The notes under the pieces: model-generated | Database searches by the model: none | Told to the model about the DNA's origin: nothing | What the model saw: only the letters and a program-made list of their open reading frames with translations | Program-made: the position numbers and the translations under genes | Virus record (IMG/VR): IMGVR_UViG_3300029448_008119 | Coordinates: 28,313-92,312 of that record | Strand: one strand, 5' to 3' | Length of the DNA stretch: 64,000 nucleotides | DNA from: a virus | Shown: one piece after another, positions 46,095-53,900 of the stretch | How positions within the stretch are numbered: position 1 is the stretch's first letter | How the letters are laid out: the number at the start of each line of letters is the position of its first letter

Positions 46095-47776
46095 TGAAAA
46101 AAGTTCTTTTCCATTCTAATTCAGCCAAGGCTTTTACTGGATTTGGTAAAAATGCAAAAAATATTTTACGTTATTTATATAAGACCAATAAATACGAAAT
46201 TATTGAATTAGCAAATGGTATGCAATGGGGTCACCCATCTCTTTCATTAAGGCCTTGGAAGGCTCAGGGCTCTTTGCCCAACAATCCTTCCCTAGTAAGA
46301 GAAATGAATTCCGATCAGTCCAAGTCTAGGATGGGGTTATATGGAGCATTTACTATTGATCAGGCCATAAAAGAATATAAACCAGATATTTACATAGGGT
46401 GTGAAGACATTTGGGCTTTTGGAAATTATTGGGAAAAACCTTGGTGGGATAAAATCAATAATATGATTTGGACGACCCTCGACAGTCAGCCAATACTCCC
46501 TCAAGCCTTAGAAGCGGCACCTAAAACTAAAAACTTTTACGTCTGGGCATCTTTTGCAGAAAGAGATATGAAAGAATTGGGCCACGATCATGTAAATACT
46601 TTGCACGGAACAGTAAACACAGAAGACTTTTATAAAATTAGCGATCTCGATAAGAGAAAAATAAGAAGCAAGTTTAATCTTTCCGATGAATTTATTATTG
46701 GCTTCGTATTTAGAAACCAACTAAGAAAAAGCGTACCTAATTTACTTGAAGGCTTTAAAGTATTTAAAAAAGATTGTCCTAAAGCTAAATTATTATTGCA
46801 TACGCATTGGAGTGAAGGTTGGGACATACCAAGACTTTTAAAAGAAAAAGGTATAAACAATGAAGATATTCTAACTACTTATTTTTGCTCTTCTTGTAAA
46901 AGTTATGGCATAGCTCCCTTTTGTGGACAAGAACAAACTTGCCCATTTTGTGGCTCCGAAAAGACTTTTAGTACTACAAATACTAAAAATGGAGTAGATG
47001 AATCTCAGTTAAATGAAATTTATAACATTATGGATGTTTATTGTCATCCATTTACTAGCGGCGGTATGGAAATACCAATCTTTGAAGCAAAAATGACTGA
47101 GCTTATAACATTAGTCACAAATTATTCTTGCGGAGAAGATTCTTCTAGTTCCGAATGTGGAAGCTTCCCGCTTGATTGGTCAGAGTACAGAGAGCCAGGA
47201 ACTCAATTTATTAAAGCTTCAACTTACCCATCTAGCATAGCCAAACAACTTAAAAAAGTTTATAATATGAAGCCAGAAAAAAGGCTTCAAATGGGCAAAA
47301 AAGGAAGAGAGTGGACTATTGAAAACTATTCTACAGAGTCGGTCGGTAAAAAACTAGAGAAAATTATAGACGAAATGCCCGATATAGATTACAATTTTGA
47401 TTGGGATAAAGACGAGAAAAGTATAGATTTAAAAGATTTGTTAGATGAGGGTAAGCGGATAGCTATTGTTATGCCCCAATCGGCTGGCGATTTATTGGCT
47501 ATTAACTCCTTAATTGACAATCTGCAAGATCTTTATGAAGATCATGACATTTATGTCTTTACTATGCCCACCTTCTTTCCTTATATAGAAGACAATCCCA
47601 AAGTTCATAAGGTTTTAACATATTCTCCGCAAATAGACAATTCCCATGCCCTGGAAGGTGCTGGAAATAACGAGGGCCTTTTTGAATTAGCGTTTTTCCC
47701 TTTTTATGGAACTCAAAAATTTCAAAATTATCATCATAACGGATTAGATAAAACACAGTATAAATTATATGAGTAG
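46094..47776 (+). CDS. GT4-like glycosyltransferase with zinc-ribbon insert and C-terminal GT9-like N-lobe
   Basis: TGFGKNA, FRNQLRK, CSSC...CPFC, YNIMDVYCHPFTSGGMEIPIFEA; tail IAIVMPQSAGDLL...NPKVHKV. Confidence 0.8.
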   Translation: MKKVLFHSNSAKAFTGFGKNAKNILRYLYKTNKYEIIELANGMQWGHPSLSLRPWKAQGSLPNNPSLVREMNSDQSKSRMGLYGAFTIDQAIKEYKPDIYIGCEDIWAFGNYWEKPWWDKINNMIWTTLDSQPILPQALEAAPKTKNFYVWASFAERDMKELGHDHVNTLHGTVNTEDFYKISDLDKRKIRSKFNLSDEFIIGFVFRNQLRKSVPNLLEGFKVFKKDCPKAKLLLHTHWSEGWDIPRLLKEKGINNEDILTTYFCSSCKSYGIAPFCGQEQTCPFCGSEKTFSTTNTKNGVDESQLNEIYNIMDVYCHPFTSGGMEIPIFEAKMTELITLVTNYSCGEDSSSSECGSFPLDWSEYREPGTQFIKASTYPSSIAKQLKKVYNMKPEKRLQMGKKGREWTIENYSTESVGKKLEKIIDEMPDIDYNFDWDKDEKSIDLKDLLDEGKRIAIVMPQSAGDLLAINSLIDNLQDLYEDHDIYVFTMPTFFPYIEDNPKVHKVLTYSPQIDNSHALEGAGNNEGLFELAFFPFYGTQKFQNYHHNGLDKTQYKLYE

Positions 47777-48866
47777 TATAACAGAAGTTTATGCCAAAGA
47801 TCTTGGCGTCAAAATAGGTGGTAAGGCCAAAATTACAGATCATTTTTGCCCGATTCCAGAAGAAAAATATATAACATTCTTTAAGGATGACCCAGATCAA
47901 GTTAATCAATATGACCATTGGGAAATTGTTCTGTCTTTATTAAATCCAATTTTTAAAAAACATAAAATAAGAGGTTTAGAAATATTTGATAATAAAAATC
48001 AAACTGTTAAGCAAAATAATTTTTTAATTAAAAACTCTGAATTATATTTAGGAAGCGCAAATCATTTTATGCTAACTGCAGATATTTATGAAAAGCCATC
48101 TGTTTGTCTTTTGCCTAATCTATATTCTAACAATATAAATCACAAATATTGTAAAATTATTACCCCAGATTTCTCTTTAATTAAGCCCTCGTTTTCTTCA
48201 CAGGAGGCTAAAAAAAGAATTAATGAAATATTGCCAGAAAATATCGTACAATCGGTTTTAGATAAATTAAACATTGAAGAAAAAATAAAATTTAAAACCA
48301 TAAGAATTGGCTCTGCCTACAATCAAGATATTGTAGACATTGTACCTAACTTTTTCTCTGCGTATAAAGATTTAATAAATAAAAATATAAACATTAAATC
48401 AGATATTCATTTTGACAAACAGAATATTATTAATTGGTGCAGACATTCAAATGTAAATCTTTTTCTAGATCAGATTATTGATGACGAGATGATTGATGCT
48501 TGTACGAATTTAAAACAAGTGGTATTCAACTATCATAACAAACATAAAGAGTTAGACCTCACAAATTTTATTAAAAAATTAAAAAATAATAGAATAAACT
48601 TTGTTATCCAGGTCCAAGATAAAGAAATCTTTCCCGATGTCTGTGTTAATTATTTTGATAACAATGTCATCCAAAAAAACAATACTGAACCAACTAATAT
48701 TCCAGACAAGGAGTGCAAATTCATTTCTAAAAAAAGATTTATATCAGATGGAAATTTATTTAATTCACAGTTTTCTTCTAAAACGCTTGACAATTCTAAT
48801 AAATTTGTTTATGATGAAGTCTCAAAATTAGAAATAGAAAGCTTATACCTATATGTCGAAGAGTAA
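47769..48866 (+). CDS. GT9-like C-lobe-containing protein
   Basis: KYITF...YDHWEIV...FLIKNSELYLG......A....KPSVCL resembles the heptosyltransferase C-terminal half. Confidence 0.5.
   Translation: MSSITEVYAKDLGVKIGGKAKITDHFCPIPEEKYITFFKDDPDQVNQYDHWEIVLSLLNPIFKKHKIRGLEIFDNKNQTVKQNNFLIKNSELYLGSANHFMLTADIYEKPSVCLLPNLYSNNINHKYCKIITPDFSLIKPSFSSQEAKKRINEILPENIVQSVLDKLNIEEKIKFKTIRIGSAYNQDIVDIVPNFFSAYKDLINKNINIKSDIHFDKQNIINWCRHSNVNLFLDQIIDDEMIDACTNLKQVVFNYHNKHKELDLTNFIKKLKNNRINFVIQVQDKEIFPDVCVNYFDNNVIQKNNTEPTNIPDKECKFISKKRFISDGNLFNSQFSSKTLDNSNKFVYDEVSKLEIESLYLYVEE
48787..48815 (+). promoter_or_regulatory. Promoter TTGACA-N17-TATGAT upstream of 48853
   Basis: Near-consensus, embedded in coding sequence. 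Confidence 0.55.
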
Positions 48867-49599
48867 ATTATATGGCCCAGATTTGTGGCAACGCAATAAA
48901 GACGGACTTTTAGAGTCTGTTGATTATGAATTTAACCAAGATGGATCAGTCAACTGGCGAGCCATGATTAGCCCAGAACATCTATATCCAAACAAGGATC
49001 ACTTCGAAATGCGCAAAATGCCAGTTCCAGATTCTATTGAGGGGCTTGAAGACAATCAGCTTTTGATTAAGCTCGGCGGAATTAAGGAGCTTGCGAAGCT
49101 TCGTGGATTTCACAATGTAACTTATGACATTACGGAGTCTTCGGATAGCCGCGTTGTTGTTCAATGCATGATAAATTGGATAGAAAATTATGAAGGCTCT
49201 TACGGACACACTCAAACCTTTAGTTCTATAGCCAATGCTACAACACATAATACAAATGGATTTGCTGCTAAGTTTTTAGAATGTATTGCAGAAAATCGTG
49301 CATTTGTACGCACTGTTCGTAACTTTCTTGGTATTCACATTGTTGGAGCTGACGAGATTGATTCCTCTAAGAACAAATCTCCTATAGTGCCACCTCCATC
49401 ATCCTCTGGAGCGAAGGACATTAGCCCACAAGGGATCTTAAAAGAAAAAGCAGGTACAGACTTCAATTCATTTAAAGGATGCCTTAGAGCATGGTATAAG
49501 ACTGGTGCATATACTAATGATCCAGAAGTTATCAAAGAGTGGTCGGATTACAAAGATGTTCCCGCCAAAGAGTGTCGGAAGCTTTTAAAACTTTTATGA
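48853..49599 (+). CDS. Putative Rad52/Sak-like single-strand annealing protein
   Basis: IKLGGIKELA...IAENRAFVRTVRNFLGI...DEI resembles the AETRAxxRALR..LGI..EE motif. Confidence 0.55.
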   Translation: MSKSKLYGPDLWQRNKDGLLESVDYEFNQDGSVNWRAMISPEHLYPNKDHFEMRKMPVPDSIEGLEDNQLLIKLGGIKELAKLRGFHNVTYDITESSDSRVVVQCMINWIENYEGSYGHTQTFSSIANATTHNTNGFAAKFLECIAENRAFVRTVRNFLGIHIVGADEIDSSKNKSPIVPPPSSSGAKDISPQGILKEKAGTDFNSFKGCLRAWYKTGAYTNDPEVIKEWSDYKDVPAKECRKLLKLL

Positions 49600-50042
49600 T
49601 TTTTGAAGTGAAAACAGAATCTGAATTACTAGAACTAAGAATTGTTTTAGAAAATTTTTATCAAATATTGCCATATAAAAAAGATTTAGATGGCGTTCGA
49701 AAAAATTGGATTCCACTTTGGAAAGATTTAATTAAATCTAAAAAAGGTAAAATATTTGCTTTAGAAGATGAAAAAAAAATTATTGGAGCTTTAGGCTTCT
49801 TAACAAGCTTATCTCTTGAAGACGGTGCTCTCACTTGTACCGAAGCTTTTTGGTATGTAGATAAAGAACATAGGGGCGCTGGATTAAAACTTCTTAATAA
49901 ATTTGAGTCTTATGCAAAATCTATAGGATGCAAAAGAATAGTTATGGCCCATTTAGAAAACTCAATGCCAGACAAATTAAAAAAATTATATATTCGAAAA
50001 AAATACAAACATGTTGAAAGTATGTATTTAAAAGAGCTATAA
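49596..50042 (+). CDS. GNAT acetyltransferase
   Basis: EAFWYVDKEHRGAGLKLL..FE..AK..G; ATGA overlap at 49596. Confidence 0.85.
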   Translation: MIFEVKTESELLELRIVLENFYQILPYKKDLDGVRKNWIPLWKDLIKSKKGKIFALEDEKKIIGALGFLTSLSLEDGALTCTEAFWYVDKEHRGAGLKLLNKFESYAKSIGCKRIVMAHLENSMPDKLKKLYIRKKYKHVESMYLKEL

Positions 50043-50052
50043 TACTTTATTA

Positions 50053-50964
50053 TTATCTCAGATTAAAACTTCTCCCGCCAAGTCCACCCTTGGATTCGAT
50101 AGTAAATTCTGTATCTTCTGATCCTGAAGTTACGATTGCATTGTCGACTAGTGGAAAGTCTTCCTCTGGTAAAGAAGTTGTTATTGTAGCCCCGCTTATT
50201 CCAGTGATTGTTAAGTTACAATTTGTTCTGAATATAAAATCTCCAGCAAAATCGTTGGGCGGTGTATTGTCAATTTCTATTACAAGATTTGGGGTAGCAA
50301 TGCCCATTAAAATACCTTCTCGATCTACAAATAAATCATTCGCATTAGTTCTAGATATTGTGAATGGGCTTGAAAATAAGTTAGCATCAGGAAAACCATC
50401 AAACATTTCTCCACTTACGGCAGCGCTTGCTGTTCCAAAGGTTAAGTAGTCAGTAGGCACAACCTTGTAATATATATTTTGATTAAGTTTTGTTGCATCA
50501 GGCACTCCATTAAATCCTGTTAGATCATTTCTACTAACTTGGATTGGAAAAGTAATTTCTCCAGGGCTTAATTGCATAGGAAATTGAAGTATTCTATTTG
50601 AATGATTAATTAAATCTACTGAAAAATTTCTATCTGACCCAGTATAAACATCCGCATTTTTTACATTTTGGGTACCAAGTGTGTCTCCGATTGTATCTAA
50701 ATCTCCAGAAAAGGTCGCTTGTATATTTACAAAATCAACTATTTGCTCTATAGCGTCCATAGAGCTAGCGGGTTCCGTTAAAAGATTTTTTCCTTCAAAT
50801 GTCAAATTAGAAACGGCGAATTTAGGAAATTCTATTTCAAGTCTGCCAGAGCCGCTAACAAAGCCTACGTTTGGATCAATTAATTCGCTTCCTTTGACCA
50901 AGCATTCTACTATATAACCAGACTCTGCTGGATGTCTTCCTATAAGTGTTTCATTAAATATCAT
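50053..50964 (-). CDS. Tail-associated protein downstream of the central tail fibre
   Basis: 303 aa beta-rich, YYKVVPTD fibronectin-III-like strand, coupled to the J-like gene. Confidence 0.55.
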   Translation of the reverse strand: MIFNETLIGRHPAESGYIVECLVKGSELIDPNVGFVSGSGRLEIEFPKFAVSNLTFEGKNLLTEPASSMDAIEQIVDFVNIQATFSGDLDTIGDTLGTQNVKNADVYTGSDRNFSVDLINHSNRILQFPMQLSPGEITFPIQVSRNDLTGFNGVPDATKLNQNIYYKVVPTDYLTFGTASAAVSGEMFDGFPDANLFSSPFTISRTNANDLFVDREGILMGIATPNLVIEIDNTPPNDFAGDFIFRTNCNLTITGISGATITTSLPEEDFPLVDNAIVTSGSEDTEFTIESKGGLGGRSFNLR

Positions 50965-53900
50965 AATTCTCCTGTTACTCCTACTTGTAAAAAGTTAAAA
51001 TTAGAAGTTAAACTTCTGTTTATTATTGATTGAGACCTTTCTACATCTCCGACCAAACTCACAGTCGACGTGTTATCGGTAGAAATATCTTCAAGAGCTG
51101 GTTGCGGACGGTTCACCTGCGATGCGTTAACATCTAATATAAATTTTGCACTGGGCGAGTCTACAAATGCACTCTGAAAAGTAGATGGAAATGTATAATG
51201 ACTCACTGAAGAAGTCCTACCACTTAGTAATGCAATATAATCAATTATATAACCACTAGTTAAAGCTTCTCCATTTAATTCTGAATTACCTAGTATTTTA
51301 AAACCCGTCTCTGCATCAAAGGTCTCAAGAAGAAAATTATCAAATGTTGGAGCATTACTTCCAGGATGTGAAGATGCTAATAGTGAAGTAAATAAATCAA
51401 GAGGGCTGGTGCTATTTGTTATTGTGCCATTTAATATTGTTTCTCCTCCAGTCCAAGCAGTTACCTCCCATGGGTAATTTTCATTTTGGCCTCCTGACCA
51501 AGCGATTCTGTTATGCGAAAGTAGTCCTGAAAATCTATTGAGTGGACTAGTACTATCTGTTATTGTCCCGTCTTGAATTGTAGCTCCGCCCGTCCATGCA
51601 GTAACATTTCCTGGAAAGTTTACATTTTCTCCACCAGACCAAGCAATTCTATTATGAGAATAGGTGTTGGCTAAATCTTCATCAACAAAAATCCAAGTAT
51701 TATTAGAACCACTCTTTTTAACTCTTAATCCAAAGTTACTTGTATTTATAAATAAATCAGCGCCTCCAGTATACGTTCCGTCAAAGCTATTTGGATTATC
51801 TACCATTCCGCTACCAATGCCATCTATTTCAAATCCAGTAAAGTAAGTATTATTTGGATCATCATCGCAGAAGACCCAAGTATTATTAGATCCAGTTTGT
51901 TTCAACCTCAATCCAGATGTTGTTGTGTGTTGATACAAATTGGTTCCTCCAGTATATGTGCCATCAAAGCTGCCTGTATTATTTACCATTCCACTTCCTA
52001 TACCTGGGTCCATGGTAAATCCAGTATAAAAAGCTCCTCCAGACCATGAAGTTGAAGCCGCACCATATGGCGTGACAAGATGAGGATGGACTATGTTTTC
52101 TCCCCCCGACCAAGCTATTGGAGTATTTATGTAATCAATGGAAGGATCGTCATCAACAAGTATCCAAGTGTTGTTAGATCCAGTCGTTCTTACCCTTAAA
52201 CCACTTGATACGGTGTTTTGATATAAATTTCCATCTCCAGTATACGTTCCATCAAAATCTCCTGTATTTTGTGGCATTCCACTTCCAACCCCTTGTATTG
52301 TAAATCCAGTAGAGTGTTGAGTTACGTCTTGATTAACATGTTGATTGTCACCATCTATTAGTCCCTCTGAATACAGCTGGCGAGTTACCTGGACCTGAAG
52401 ATTATGCAAATTGCCATCATTTAAAGAAACTCCTCCATTACCAGTAATGGCTAAATGGTCTACTCCATTTAAATTAATATAATTTTTTCCATCTCCAGAT
52501 TGGAACCAAGCTATTCCAGTTCCATTTTTATGAGATTCTAATAAATATTGCTTTCCATCAAGACCTGGGTCAAATTTTACCCAAGCTTCCATTGTGAAAT
52601 CACCAGTTCCTACATTTAACCCACTTCCAGTTACAAAAATATGATTATCTGATCCATTGGTTTGGTTGGCTCTTATACCAATATCAAGACCACTTGCCAA
52701 CATTTGTTGGTGAAGTTTATTTTGATCGCCAGTTTCGGTGACTACAAAATATTTTTCCTTTAGATTATCATCTTCTCCAGATCTTTGACAGAAAACCGCA
52801 TATTGATCGTGAGTAAATGTATTGTTTGTAGTTGAGGGATTTGATTTATTAAACTGATCTAAAATAGAGTCTGATTGAAAAGAGAAATTTTCATTTTCAC
52901 TACCCGCATAATTTATTACATTTACAGGTAAATCTGTATCGTACGTATTGTTAAATGCTGATTTATCTACGGCTATATAAGCATATTTACCAGTTGAGCC
53001 TGCTGCAACATTGTTTTCCTGAAAAGCGGCGAAGTGAAATCCAGTATGGGATACTCCAGTTACACAGGTTTGAGAAGTATCATGAGGTGATGCTTGGATA
53101 TGCGGTTGTTGCAATTGTATAATAATAGTAGGAGCTGCGGCAAATGCTTGAGAAAACAATACAGGTTGATAGCCTGTATTATCATTTTTACTTACAAAAT
53201 CAATTTCTATATTTTTACCATCAACAACATATCTTCCAGTCTGAGAAGCTAGGTATGTATAATCACCATTATTAATTGCGTCAGAATTTGGTCTAACTGT
53301 AAATCTTGTATTCTCTGTAGAAATTCTTCCTTCTGGCTTATAAACATCTGTAAATAAACCAGTGGCTTTTTGTTGAATAAACAAAGCGGGGGCCTCTGAA
53401 AATGTCGCATCAAAATTAACTTGTAAATTAGCTCCGTAAGCGCCAAGTATCTCAAAACTATTTACTTCAATATTTAGACTTGGAGGTATTCTATATTTAC
53501 CTTCTCCAGTATATCCAAACATTTCATCAATTTGCGAATTTAATATTTCGAAAGAGCCCTCGGTTGTCAATTGTTTAAAGTTACCTGATTTTAAATTGTC
53601 TTGAGTATCATAAATATTTATAATCTGTTCATTTACATCAGCTTGTACGCTAGGTCCAGCATTTCCAAATATATCCTCATATTCTAAATTTACCGTAGCG
53701 TTTATTAAAGGATCATTTTCAAAAAAAGAATTTACAGCATGCCCAGTTTCAGCGCTGTTATTAAATGTAGAAGAAAAGGCCGTGTCTATAAAAATGTTTG
53801 AATATTCAGTAAAAGCGTCTTGATTTACTGTAAAGCCAAAAGTTGATAGTGAAGTTGTGAACTCGACAAGAAACGCCGAAGTTGTTCTGGCTACGGTTGG

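Noticed and set aside
51335-52310. Repeats in the J-like gene as template/variable repeats of a diversity-generating retroelement
   Set aside because: Copies are in-frame coding and differ at all base types, and no reverse transcriptase is in the window
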